Assembly: GCA_964612505.1 (NCBI GenBank)
Contig: CAZTEX010000002.1
Location: 61,943 to 125,942 of the forward strand
DNA length: 64,000 nucleotides
DNA from: an uncultured bacterium
GTDB lineage: Bacteria > Chlamydiota > Chlamydiia > Chlamydiales > JAAZZY01
Direction of reading: 5' to 3'
The translations under genes and the position numbers were made by a program. Position 1 is the first letter of the stretch, and every line of letters starts with the position of its first letter. The notes below the pieces were generated by a model. That model saw nothing but the letters and a program-made list of their open reading frames with translations, was not told the DNA's origin and made no database searches. Shown one piece after another: positions 29,568 to 38,457 of the stretch.

Positions 29568-30464
29568 TCATGTGAAATTTTTGTGATCAATCAACACTTC
29601 TTCAATAATAGCCCAAGATTGCCTAGATTCAAAATTATTTGGATTTGTAAAGCCAGCAGCTGTTATTAAGGCTTTCCATAAAGTCCAGGCGCGAGCACGC
29701 GCCCATGTTCCCGAATCAAATGAAAGCATCTCTTGAAAAGTTTCCCGACTTTTCCCATGAAACAGCGTCCAATTAATAGTAAGATCGCAAGCAGGATCGC
29801 CCACTACCAGCTGACCAAAATCAATCACAGCACAAAGCTTTCCTCCTTGTACTAGAAGATTACCAGCGCTAACATCACCATGAACCCAAACTTTTGAATG
29901 ATTCCAAGTCGTCTCTAGAGCTCTTTCCCAGAGTTGAGTCGCAGCGTTTTCATCCACTTGACCTTTTAAAAGAGAGATTGCGTGGCGAATTTCCTTATCA
30001 TAAACCGATAGCGATCCACCTCGATAAAAACTATGTAATCCTGGCAATGGTCCATCTTTTATATCAACTTTATGCAAAGCAATTAAAAATTGTGCCAAAT
30101 CAGCTGCAAATGTAACTAGATCAGCAATTGGAGCAAATGCAGCGGTTTCACCTTCGAGCCATTGATAAACAGACCACTTCCAGGGATAATGATACTCAGG
30201 TTTTCCCATTGCTAATGGAACAGGAATCGGCAGAGGTAGACCAGGAGCTAATTTTGGCAACCACCGATGTTCTTTTTCTACTTGCAATTCATATTTAACA
30301 GCACTTGGTAAGCGAACCAACATATTTTGACCTAAATGAAAAGTTCGATTATCCCATCCTTCTATTGCTACAGGATCAATAGGTAATCCACTCCATTGAG
30401 GGAACTGTGAAGCCACAAGGCGATGCACGAGTGAGGCATCTATTAAAGTACCCGGTTTATTCAT
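29568..30464 (-). CDS. Aminoglycoside-phosphotransferase (APH)/choline-kinase-fold phosphotransferase family protein
   Basis: Catalytic-loop and DFG-like motifs VHGDVSAGNLLV...AVIDFGQLVVGDPACDL (HGDxxxxN...DxG...D). Confidence 0.7.
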   Translation of the reverse strand: MNKPGTLIDASLVHRLVASQFPQWSGLPIDPVAIEGWDNRTFHLGQNMLVRLPSAVKYELQVEKEHRWLPKLAPGLPLPIPVPLAMGKPEYHYPWKWSVYQWLEGETAAFAPIADLVTFAADLAQFLIALHKVDIKDGPLPGLHSFYRGGSLSVYDKEIRHAISLLKGQVDENAATQLWERALETTWNHSKVWVHGDVSAGNLLVQGGKLCAVIDFGQLVVGDPACDLTINWTLFHGKSRETFQEMLSFDSGTWARARAWTLWKALITAAGFTNPNNFESRQSWAIIEEVLIDHKNFT

Positions 30465-30470
30465 AAGGTC

Positions 30471-30896
30471 TTATTTCCATAAGGAAAATTTTCTTGTCAG
30501 CTCTGACACCTTATCCCACTTGCCAAATAAGACAATACCATAATAAATCAAGTCAACTTCTTTGGTTTGCTTGGTTCTCTCTATTTGCTCAAGGTATGTC
30601 CCTACTGTCATCGTGTCGGTAAAGTCTACGCAGCTAATTTTAGCTTCTAAAGCTGCCTGTCGAAGAGTTCGAATCTTATTTGAATTTGCTTTTAAAATCA
30701 TAAATGGCATCTCTGAAATATTTGGGTGACTACCACCATCTCCATCAAGATAGTTAGTCAGCTGTAATGGCCCTTTTCCTATCTCAGACCCAAACCCTAT
30801 ACACATGTGAGCCAAGGCATTCATAATCAAGCCTGGTTCCACTTTCTCGTTCATGACTGCTACTAACTTGTTTTCAAACACCCTATCCCCCTTCAT
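30471..30896 (-). CDS. Hypothetical protein (DUF2000-like?)
   Basis: 141-aa soluble ORF directly downstream of the APH gene (6-bp gap). The family assignment is from memory only. Confidence 0.3.
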   Translation of the reverse strand: MKGDRVFENKLVAVMNEKVEPGLIMNALAHMCIGFGSEIGKGPLQLTNYLDGDGGSHPNISEMPFMILKANSNKIRTLRQAALEAKISCVDFTDTMTVGTYLEQIERTKQTKEVDLIYYGIVLFGKWDKVSELTRKFSLWK

Positions 30897-31061
30897 CTTT
30901 ATTAATTTTGACTTAAGTTAATTTAATTGAGATCGCAGAAAAATGCATCAGAACTTTTGATTGGTTAAATTTTCAAAACCAAGTTACAATTTTACTTCGA
31001 AATAGAGCTAAACCTTAGGTTAATTAAATAGTGTCTTTATCTATCAGCTTGGGTTAATTTA

Positions 31062-31808
31062 ATGATGCCTCATATGTGCAAAATAACTACAGTAACAATT
31101 GCGCCGCAAGTAAACTTAGGCGCCTCATTTAAAGCAGAAACCTTCTCCCCTGAGATCAACACTTTACTTTCTCTGATTCCACGACTATCTGATCACCATA
31201 GTCCCCCCTCCAATTCTCGTTTTTATATTATTACAGGTGGTCCAGGAGTTGGCAAAACAACTCTTGTCAATCAATTAAAAGAAAAAGGAATATTCACAGT
31301 TGCTGAAGCTGCTACAGATGTTATCCAGGAAGATCTTGAAAAGAATATTAAACATCCTTGGGCTCAGCCAGGTTTTCGGAAAAAAGTACTCCATAAACAA
31401 GAAGAACGGTACCAAGAAGCAAAGAACTTCTCACCCATGGAAGCTATTTTTGATCGCTCTCAAATAGATACTCTATGCTTTGCTTTATATCTCGGCGAAA
31501 CTCCTTTGGCTGCTTTAGTAGAAGCGGTGCGAAATATTGTAATTCATTGTCTCTACGCCCCTACCGTTTTCCTTGTAGAGCCTCTAGATAATTATGAGGA
31601 AACTCAAATCCGAAGTGAATCGCCTCAGGAAGCAAGAAGGGTTGGCAACTTTTTAGCTGCGAGCTATGAGGCTTTGGGATTTCGCGTCGTTCCAATCTCT
31701 GCAGGATCTATAGAAGAGCGCACTGCGATCATAATGAAAAAAATCCATGAAGGAAATAGCTATAACTTTAACGTCTCTGCCCCCACTAAAGATTCTTTGA
31801 AATTGTAA
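31062..31808 (+). CDS. P-loop NTPase of unknown function (AAA_28/NadR-kinase-like)
   Basis: Walker A FYIITGGPGVGKTTLVNQL and a Walker B-like VFLVEPLD. The N-terminal ~60 aa may lie upstream of the true start. Confidence 0.45.
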   Translation: MMPHMCKITTVTIAPQVNLGASFKAETFSPEINTLLSLIPRLSDHHSPPSNSRFYIITGGPGVGKTTLVNQLKEKGIFTVAEAATDVIQEDLEKNIKHPWAQPGFRKKVLHKQEERYQEAKNFSPMEAIFDRSQIDTLCFALYLGETPLAALVEAVRNIVIHCLYAPTVFLVEPLDNYEETQIRSESPQEARRVGNFLAASYEALGFRVVPISAGSIEERTAIIMKKIHEGNSYNFNVSAPTKDSLKL

Positions 31809-32632
31809 GACGGATTAAACCCCAATACCTTTCTAGCTTTTTCGATGACATAAACTCGATCAATTGATTTGGGCAAAGACCACCCTCTATCCTGAAAGAT
31901 ATTTCTCGCCTCGGGATAATGTTTACAGATCACACGATCAGCTTGATGATAAAGATCATGAAGCTCAAATGAAGTAAAGGGCGTTTGGCTAGAAATATTC
32001 AGTATTTCAAAGCCCTTGACATCTGAAGTTAAAGCTAATTGATGCGCTAGCACCACATCCTCAAGAGCAATACCCCGATAAAGGCGATAAATAGCCATCA
32101 GTCTCTCTTCTTCAGGGAAGCATCTAGACATCCTTAGGCACAAACAAGAAGGTAAGCCCCTATTGACGGCCTTCCGGCATAATTCTTCTGCTGCTAGTTT
32201 TGTTTCATCATAAATATCTCTAGGCTGAGGAAGCAACTCTTCTGTGACCCAAACAGCTTTTTGAGGACAACTCATTGCATGACCATAGATCGATGTGGAA
32301 CTTGTAAAAATAAATCGAGCTACCTTACTTTTCAAACATGCATTGAGCAAGCTCTCTGTACCCAAAACATTTACATCCCAAAATTGCTGCTTATCATAGA
32401 CCCCTACGTGTGGGGCATGAAGGGCTGCCGTATGGATAACAGCATGAGCTTTTTCAACAAGCTCAGCAATTTTTGGACTTTGAATATCTATAAGATGAGT
32501 GGTATAGGGCCCTGGGCTAATGTCAATGCCAATGACGATATAATCATCTTGCAGCAACGCTGCAATAGCTCTGCCTATTCGTCCAGAGGAACCTGTTATT
32601 AGAATAGTATCGATTTTGCGCTGGCTATACAT
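31760..32632 (-). CDS. NAD-dependent epimerase/dehydratase family (SDR) protein, paralogue of 524..1600
   Basis: ILITGSSGRIGRAIAALL Rossmann motif. Its 3' end overlaps the upstream NTPase gene by ~50 bp. Confidence 0.7.
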   Translation of the reverse strand: MYSQRKIDTILITGSSGRIGRAIAALLQDDYIVIGIDISPGPYTTHLIDIQSPKIAELVEKAHAVIHTAALHAPHVGVYDKQQFWDVNVLGTESLLNACLKSKVARFIFTSSTSIYGHAMSCPQKAVWVTEELLPQPRDIYDETKLAAEELCRKAVNRGLPSCLCLRMSRCFPEEERLMAIYRLYRGIALEDVVLAHQLALTSDVKGFEILNISSQTPFTSFELHDLYHQADRVICKHYPEARNIFQDRGWSLPKSIDRVYVIEKARKVLGFNPSYNFKESLVGAETLKL

Positions 32633-32792
32633 GCATTAAATTTCTAGCAGCAATTAGTAAAAGTAAACTTTAAAATAAAATGACATTCTTGAGATAGAAT
32701 TTTGTAAAGAAGTAGATAGAAGATTACTTATCTACTTCTTTAAAACTTTGGTTTAACTTTTCAAAGTCAGGACTGAAGATTCAACTTTATTC

Positions 32793-33305
32793 TTATGGTT
32801 TATTGAAAAAGTTTTCACTGCCTGCTTTTGCATTATTAAAGAACTCTTCGCTATTTTTTCTAGCATTATTAAGAAACTCTTCGCCACCTGTTTTTGCATT
32901 ATTAAAGAACTCTTCGCTATTTGCTTTTGCATTCTTCCAAAACTCTTCACCTTTTGCCTTACTGTCTTTTTCAAACTCTTTGGCTGTTTCTTGCGCAAAA
33001 GAAAAGAATGCCTTAGTAATATTTAGCATTTCTTGAAAAGTTGGAATTGATAGATCAGAGTAAAAAGAATTCATGAACTTTAAGACTTCTTTTGCTAAAC
33101 CTAATTGTTTAGATTCTAAAGAATCGTCAGAAGGCTCAGGATTACTTTGTTTTTGCAGTACTTTCAATGCTACCAACGTAATCACCCCACCCATACTCAT
33201 ATAAATAATAGGCCTCATCCAAGAAGATGAAGACGCTTTTGTTTGTATTTTTGGCGTTTCTTCGGTTAAGGGACCAGCCGATAAAGGAATTTCTTGTACT
33301 TTCAT
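32793..33305 (-). CDS. Single-pass membrane protein with a C-terminal array of 11-aa EEFFNNAKxxS repeats
   Basis: TM helix MRPIIYMSMGGVITLVALKVL, then KGEEFWKNAKANSEEFFNNAKTGGEEFLNNARKNSEEFFNNAKAGSENFF, encoded by perfect 33-bp DNA tandem repeats. Confidence 0.5.
   Translation of the reverse strand: MKVQEIPLSAGPLTEETPKIQTKASSSSWMRPIIYMSMGGVITLVALKVLQKQSNPEPSDDSLESKQLGLAKEVLKFMNSFYSDLSIPTFQEMLNITKAFFSFAQETAKEFEKDSKAKGEEFWKNAKANSEEFFNNAKTGGEEFLNNARKNSEEFFNNAKAGSENFFNKP
32797..32961. repeat. Tandem repeat of about five units of 33 bp (three nearly identical, two degenerate)
   Basis: gcattattaaagaactcttcgctattttttcta, gcattattaagaaactcttcgccacctgttttt, gcattattaaagaactcttcgctatttgctttt, read directly. 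The period is 33 bp (11 codons), so copy-number change keeps the frame. Confidence 0.8.
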
Positions 33306-33495
33306 ATTGCTCCTTAAATGAAAATTAAATAATTAAAACTTATTTAGCAATAATGATACTAAAAGAGTATTAAGTCATTATTAAGAAAATAATAAAAATT
33401 ATTTAACAATTGATAGGAAATTAAAAATATAATTAACTATATTTAACCACTAACCACTAACCACTATACCAACCCCATGTGCTAAGAGAAATAGA

Positions 33496-33885
33496 ATGAA
33501 AAGTGAACAGTTTTTTAAAGAAATGTTTCGCTGCATTTGGCAAAGTCAAGATTTGAGCAGATTTGATGAGTTTTATTCTCCTGATTTTACCGAGACAATC
33601 AGCGTTGCAGATAAGACGAACCAACCCATTGAGCTCTGCATGAACTACCAAGAATTACTGCAGCAGGCAAAGAGGCAGAAAGAAGAATGCACAAGCATTA
33701 CCTTAGATATAAAAAAAATTGTACATAGTGATGATCATCATATCTCTGTAAATTTCTATTCTTCTTCTATCGACAAAAAAACGGAAGAAAAACGACATCG
33801 TTGGGTTTGCGGGATCTGGCATCTTAACCAAGAAAATAAAATTGACAGAGTATGGGCAGTTGTAACTCCCTATTATGCTTCCTAG
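33496..33885 (+). CDS. SnoaL/NTF2-like fold protein
   Basis: 129 aa. The pattern FKEMFRCIWQSQDLSRFDEFYSPDF...WVCGIWHLNQENKIDRVWAV is compatible with SnoaL-like ester/polyketide-cyclase folds. Confidence 0.35.
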   Translation: MKSEQFFKEMFRCIWQSQDLSRFDEFYSPDFTETISVADKTNQPIELCMNYQELLQQAKRQKEECTSITLDIKKIVHSDDHHISVNFYSSSIDKKTEEKRHRWVCGIWHLNQENKIDRVWAVVTPYYAS

Positions 33886-33947
33886 TTTAATTTGCTTAAT
33901 TTTACCCTCTTTTTTATACTGATCCTATCATTACACTATAGGTATTT

Positions 33948-34337
33948 ATGAAAGTAACAGAAATAGGACTTAGCTGGATTGTCGTTAAAGATATTAAAAA
34001 TGCAGTCTCTTACTATACAAATGTTGTAGGTTTAAAGCTGGTTGAATTCCATGAGGAATTTGGCTGGGCAGAACTAGAAGGCTACGAAGGTGGAACTCGC
34101 CTTGGAATTGCTCAAGAAAATCCTCAGGAACATGTAAAAGCAGGAACAAATGCAGTGATTACATTTACAGTGGCAGATCTTGAAGAAGCAAAGCAAGAAC
34201 TCCTTAAAAAAGGCGCCAAGTGCCAAGGAGACATTATTGAAGTCCCAGGGCATGTCAAAATGCAGACGGTGATTGATAATGATGGAAATTGCTTCCAACT
34301 CTGTGAGCTTGTACATCATTCATGCAGCCATTGTTAG
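33948..34337 (+). CDS. VOC (glyoxalase/bleomycin-resistance/dioxygenase) family protein
   Basis: MKVTEIGLSWIVVKDIKNAVSYYTNVVGLKLVEFHEEFGWAELE... is the classic beta-alpha-beta-beta-beta VOC module. Confidence 0.65.
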   Translation: MKVTEIGLSWIVVKDIKNAVSYYTNVVGLKLVEFHEEFGWAELEGYEGGTRLGIAQENPQEHVKAGTNAVITFTVADLEEAKQELLKKGAKCQGDIIEVPGHVKMQTVIDNDGNCFQLCELVHHSCSHC

Positions 34338-34455
34338 CCATTACTCTAAAGTAAGTGAAGCGTTGGAAAAAGTAATTCTTAATTGTTTGGTTGCTTCAAA
34401 AAAATTTAGAAATGATCAACCATCAAATTTATACTTTTAGTATAGGAGAAAAAGG

Positions 34456-34758
34456 GTGCCTTATTTAATTTACGCAATCGACTTTCCCCATATGGAGCAA
34501 AAACGAGAAACTACTAGACAAGCGCATCGAGACTTTCTTCAATTCCATGGGAAAAAAGTTCTTGCCGCCGGAGCACTTCTTGCAAATGATGACAAAACAG
34601 TCATTGGGGGAATCTCTCTGTTTGATGGCAATAGCTTAGCCGAAGCCGAGCGCTTTGCTTACGAAGATCCTTATGCTAAAGCTGGTATACGAGCTCAGAC
34701 ATCTATTCACCTCTGGCGCAAACGATGGTGGGATGGTCAGTTTCTTGAAGATTCATAG
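34456..34758 (+). CDS. YciI-like protein
   Basis: 100 aa: MPYLIYAIDFP...RQAHRDFLQ...AAGALLANDD...GGISLFDGNSLAEAERFAYEDPYAKAGI matches the YciI/Dabb pattern. Confidence 0.6.
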   Translation: MPYLIYAIDFPHMEQKRETTRQAHRDFLQFHGKKVLAAGALLANDDKTVIGGISLFDGNSLAEAERFAYEDPYAKAGIRAQTSIHLWRKRWWDGQFLEDS

Positions 34759-34785
34759 AAAAAATTTCTAGTAAAGAAGTCTACA

Positions 34786-35034
34786 ATGTCCCCTTCTGAT
34801 AAACCCTCTGATACGCTAAGAAAAATAGAAGTTATTGAATATGATCCAAGCTGGCCTAAATTATTTGAATTAGAGGCACAGCTGATTAGGCAAGCGTTGG
34901 GACATAATTGCATAGAGATTCACCATATCGGATCAACTTCTATCCCTTCCGTATACCTGGGCGCTTACATAAAAAGAGCACATCCATTTTGTCTTTTACA
35001 ACAATGTTGGCATCATTGGCTATGCACATCTTGA
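34786..35034 (+). pseudogene. GrpB-family (UPF0157) nucleotidyltransferase-like gene; N-terminal fragment only
   Basis: IEVIEYDPSWPKLFELEAQLIRQALGHNCIEIHHIGSTSIPS matches the GrpB N-terminus. The frame is then lost after ~80 aa; intact GrpB proteins are ~170-200 aa. Confidence 0.4.
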
Positions 35035-35254
35035 GCTTTGGTCTGAAAACAGAGCCTTCTTAAGGATGATTGTCATTGATGAGCGTTATTGTAAACTTGG
35101 TTTTGGAAGCCAATTCTTAAAACTTTGTGAGCGTTGGCTTTATCATCAAGGATTCAAAAAGTTATTGACTCAATCACCGCAAGTGACCTACCCGTTCTTT
35201 CATAGACACGGATCCTATGGATTGTCTATAATGAAGGTAAACAAGGAGGCTTGA
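34973..35254 (+). pseudogene. GNAT acetyltransferase C-terminal fragment with no start codon, overlapping the GrpB remnant
   Basis: The frame opens after a TAA at 34970-72 and reads ...VGIIGYAHLELWSENRAFLRMIVIDERYCKLGFGSQFLKLCERWLYHQGFKKL (GNAT motifs A/B). There is no ATG until 35066, and the N-terminal half of the domain is absent. Confidence 0.4.
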
Positions 35255-35334
35255 ATTTTAAGCTTTCAAACATTGAAATTCTGTCTAAATTCTTGTAGAA
35301 TAGGTTCCTTTTAATAACTTCAAAGAGGGCTCCT

Positions 35335-35934
35335 TTGTTAACAGATCAAGAATTTACAGATATAAAGAAGTCCCTAACATTTTTCCATGTGAGCGAATTA
35401 AAAGACTTATCTAGATTGCTTGCCCTTGTAGACAAAGGAGCTAAGATGGCAATGATTATGCGCATTATACATTTCTTGCATACTGGACAAAAGCTCATTA
35501 CTCCCAAAATTCCTGACGCCTCACTTGCCAAGCGAGGAGAGATCTATTCTCTTAGCCCCACGACACTCATGTTGAAAGGCTCTTATAAAAATGATTTAAA
35601 AACCCGCCTGTTTTTTAAAAGGCTTGTTGGTGATCATTTTCATTTTACCGCCTTTGGCATTGATTGGTTAAACGATCGATGGATGGAAGGGAAACCGCCA
35701 ACCTATCATGAATTTGCCAAGATGTGGCAAGAGGAATACAAGAAACGTCAAAGCATGCCTGTAGCTCCTAAAGAAGAATGGGCTTATATCAATTTTGTAC
35801 AAACGTTTATAAAAAGTTCGCCACAAGCTTCACGTGAAAGTGTTAATATTGCTTGGGAATGTGAACGTCAAACACATAAAGCACATATGGCTGCTTGGCT
35901 TAAAAAAATGAACTTCGAATTTTCCAATATTTAA
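35335..35934 (+). CDS. Hypothetical protein
   Basis: 199-aa ORF with a plausible RBS context. No recognisable motif. Confidence 0.3.
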   Translation: MLTDQEFTDIKKSLTFFHVSELKDLSRLLALVDKGAKMAMIMRIIHFLHTGQKLITPKIPDASLAKRGEIYSLSPTTLMLKGSYKNDLKTRLFFKRLVGDHFHFTAFGIDWLNDRWMEGKPPTYHEFAKMWQEEYKKRQSMPVAPKEEWAYINFVQTFIKSSPQASRESVNIAWECERQTHKAHMAAWLKKMNFEFSNI

Positions 35935-35949
35935 CCATCGATAAATACA

Positions 35950-36756
35950 ATGGCTTTTCCAGTAGAAAATGAAGAAAGTACCCTGAAACTTCTTAGCGCA
36001 GCTGAGTATACGATCGCCAAACCCTTCTTTATAGACTTTAAAATTAATCAACCTATTTTACATTCAATGTTAGAAGCCAAAAGCGCAAGGATGATTTTTA
36101 CCGATGATAAAATAAATCCATCTTTTATGTTCGTTTACAGTCCTTCTGGCTATGCGTTTTTAGGAGGTAATCCTGACCAAGCTTCATTAAAACAGATCGC
36201 AGCATATTTAAAGAATCTTCCTAGCGTATCTTTAGTCAGCCCACTAGACTGGAAATTTAAAAGCTTTTTTTTAGAAGCAGGCTTTACTGCTCTTGATCGG
36301 ATTCAATTTAAAAGACACACAGATTCTTTTAATTTAGATTTTTGGGAAAGCAAGCTACCCATCCCATATTCTATACATAGAATTAATCCAGAAAACTTCC
36401 CTCGATGCAATTGGCACTCGTTTATTTTAAGTTGCTATGGAGACAGTAATCACTTTTTTGCTAATGGAATGGGATTTTGCTTAATGGATCAAGGCAAAAT
36501 CATTAGTGAATCTTATGGGCTCATCGCAGCTAATAAAGCAGAAATCGGAGTCGTTACTGATCCAAGCTATCGCGGCCAAAATTTAGGAACAAGCATTTGT
36601 GCGATAATGCTAAATCACTGCTATCAACATCATATAGAACCGGTATGGAGCTGCGATGCCGACAATTTTTCGTCAGCAGCGATTGCAAAAAAGCTCGGCT
36701 TTGAAAAAGAGTGTAAATATTTTCTTCTTTCTCTAGCTCAAACTCCATCGGCGTAG
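35950..36756 (+). CDS. GNAT family acetyltransferase
   Basis: C-terminal IGVVTDPSYRGQNLGTSICAIMLNHC...AAIAKKLGFE (motif A/B). Confidence 0.6.
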   Translation: MAFPVENEESTLKLLSAAEYTIAKPFFIDFKINQPILHSMLEAKSARMIFTDDKINPSFMFVYSPSGYAFLGGNPDQASLKQIAAYLKNLPSVSLVSPLDWKFKSFFLEAGFTALDRIQFKRHTDSFNLDFWESKLPIPYSIHRINPENFPRCNWHSFILSCYGDSNHFFANGMGFCLMDQGKIISESYGLIAANKAEIGVVTDPSYRGQNLGTSICAIMLNHCYQHHIEPVWSCDADNFSSAAIAKKLGFEKECKYFLLSLAQTPSA

Positions 36757-38219
36757 GTATAAATTTGTCTCACTATTTTATTTTCCGCCGGACTGGAATC
36801 AACACTGACCAATAAAGAAAGTCTCCAACCTGAAGCATGAGCTGGCAAAGCGCGATGTAGCGTTCCATTTTCAAAACATACGACCTTATTATCTTTTAAT
36901 CTTTCTGTCGCTTTTGCAGCTCCATTAATTAAATTTTCCATAGAATCTAGAGAAGGAGATAGCTCCATTGTCAAATCATGATCTTCTTTACAAAACTCAA
37001 TCTCACTCACACCGTTTTCATTACTACTTAGTAAAAGTAAAAAATGAACTCCTTTTTCACCTGGATGAATGATCTCTGCAAAAGGGGCGCCGCTACGCCA
37101 TAAAGATACATCTGTATAAAGAGGGATATCAGAATATTGATCTTTCATGAGCATGTGAATTCGCGTATTGACCTTTACTTTCCCAAGATCTTTTTCTTCT
37201 ATTTGTTGTTGAATCGCCTTGATAAATTTTCTTGTAATGGGTCCGCCCACTTGCAAGGCATAATCTAAGTCGCAATTAACAAGCATGGGCTCCTTGTTGA
37301 TCTCTGAGACGGTCAATACTCTTTGGATTTCAGTTAGTTCATCAGAGTCCACCGATTTAATCTTGGGAACAAAATAATAAGCCTTTTTAAGAGTTTGATT
37401 TTGGGAGCTGTTTTTTAAGCTTATTGCCCCCGGCATTGTAAGAAAAGTTTGGACATAATTTCTCGTACAATTTTGAGCTCTATCTTGAAAAATAGTTGTA
37501 GTAAGATCATGAAAAACTGCCAATCGTATGAATCCCCTCAGCCCATCTTGATGGGCCGGACTTATGCGGTGCAAAGAATATTGATCCATTGATAGAATCT
37601 CTCCATCAGCAACTTGCCGAGAGTTAATGCGAGGCATAGAACTGATTTGTGTATTAAGAGATTTATAGACGTGCTTTTCGGGTAATGTTAAGCTTACTCC
37701 ATCTGTTAAATATTCTGTGTTACTTACCCCTTTGGGATGGTCACTAAAGTTAACAATATAAATTTTTACAGCGGGGTTGAATTTGGAGTAATCTAGTTCC
37801 ATATTTGTTGGAGAAACACGCTCTATAAAGTCAGTATGCCATCCAGGAAGACCCGGATATTCTCCTTGTTTTAACGCATGGATTCTACTATCTACAATAA
37901 TATGCAAACCTGGAATGACTCCAGAATAAACATCCCTTAAGTAGGGGTCTTCAAGAAATTTCGTTAAAAAATAGCGGGTTATCGGCCCCCCATTTTCTAA
38001 AGCATAATTTATATCTGCAGAAAGCAAAGCTGTCTCATCTTCAATAATTTCTTTTTGGAAGCAACCTTGATTTTTAGAAATAACTTTCGCCGTAGGCGGA
38101 AAGGCTAATTGATTAAATTCAATAGAAGTAGAAGCTTTTTCGGGTGGCTCTGATGAATTCAGTAACTCTTGATTTAAAGTTAGGAAAACTATTATTAGGC
38201 TGTATATAAAAATTCGCAT
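36738..38219 (-). CDS. Secreted protein with an internally duplicated domain; possible PhyH/2OG-Fe(II)-oxygenase-like fold
   Basis: Signal peptide MRIFIYSLIIVFLTLNQELLNSSEP. Two related modules (DINYALENGGPITRYFLTKF... and DLDYALQVGGPITRKFIKAI...). The first keeps ...PGWHTDF (HxD) and the C-terminus has GTLHRALPAHASGWRLSL (His, then Arg-x-Ser). The second copy has lost the His. Confidence 0.35.
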   Translation of the reverse strand: MRIFIYSLIIVFLTLNQELLNSSEPPEKASTSIEFNQLAFPPTAKVISKNQGCFQKEIIEDETALLSADINYALENGGPITRYFLTKFLEDPYLRDVYSGVIPGLHIIVDSRIHALKQGEYPGLPGWHTDFIERVSPTNMELDYSKFNPAVKIYIVNFSDHPKGVSNTEYLTDGVSLTLPEKHVYKSLNTQISSMPRINSRQVADGEILSMDQYSLHRISPAHQDGLRGFIRLAVFHDLTTTIFQDRAQNCTRNYVQTFLTMPGAISLKNSSQNQTLKKAYYFVPKIKSVDSDELTEIQRVLTVSEINKEPMLVNCDLDYALQVGGPITRKFIKAIQQQIEEKDLGKVKVNTRIHMLMKDQYSDIPLYTDVSLWRSGAPFAEIIHPGEKGVHFLLLLSSNENGVSEIEFCKEDHDLTMELSPSLDSMENLINGAAKATERLKDNKVVCFENGTLHRALPAHASGWRLSLLVSVDSSPAENKIVRQIYTYADGV

Positions 38220-38457
38220 TGATCCCTTCTTGTATCATCGATGATTAAAAAAACGATATGGGGCCCAATAAGCCAGTTATTCAACCTTATTTACAGCCCT
38301 GTCATCGTTAGTTCATAAGAATTCAAATCTCCTTATGTTGAAGGAAAACTAATCCACTTAAGATAAGAAAATTTAAACCTGATGAAGTTTTAATACAAGC
38401 TTTTGATTTGATTAAAATAGAGATTGAAAAAAGTATTCAGAATTAAAAAAAAACAAT

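Noticed and set aside
32753-33036. Alternative-frame ORFs 32753..32998 (-) and 32803..33036 (+) across the 33-bp repeats
   Set aside because: These are low-complexity translations of the same repeats (QKQVAKSSLIM... and LLKNSSLFF...). The 32793..33305 frame has a TM helix, a sensible N-terminus and amphipathic repeats, so I kept that one.
33443-33463. AACCACT x3 microsatellite upstream of 33496
   Set aside because: It has only three units in an AT-rich promoter region, with no evidence of function. Noted as a possible slippage site only.
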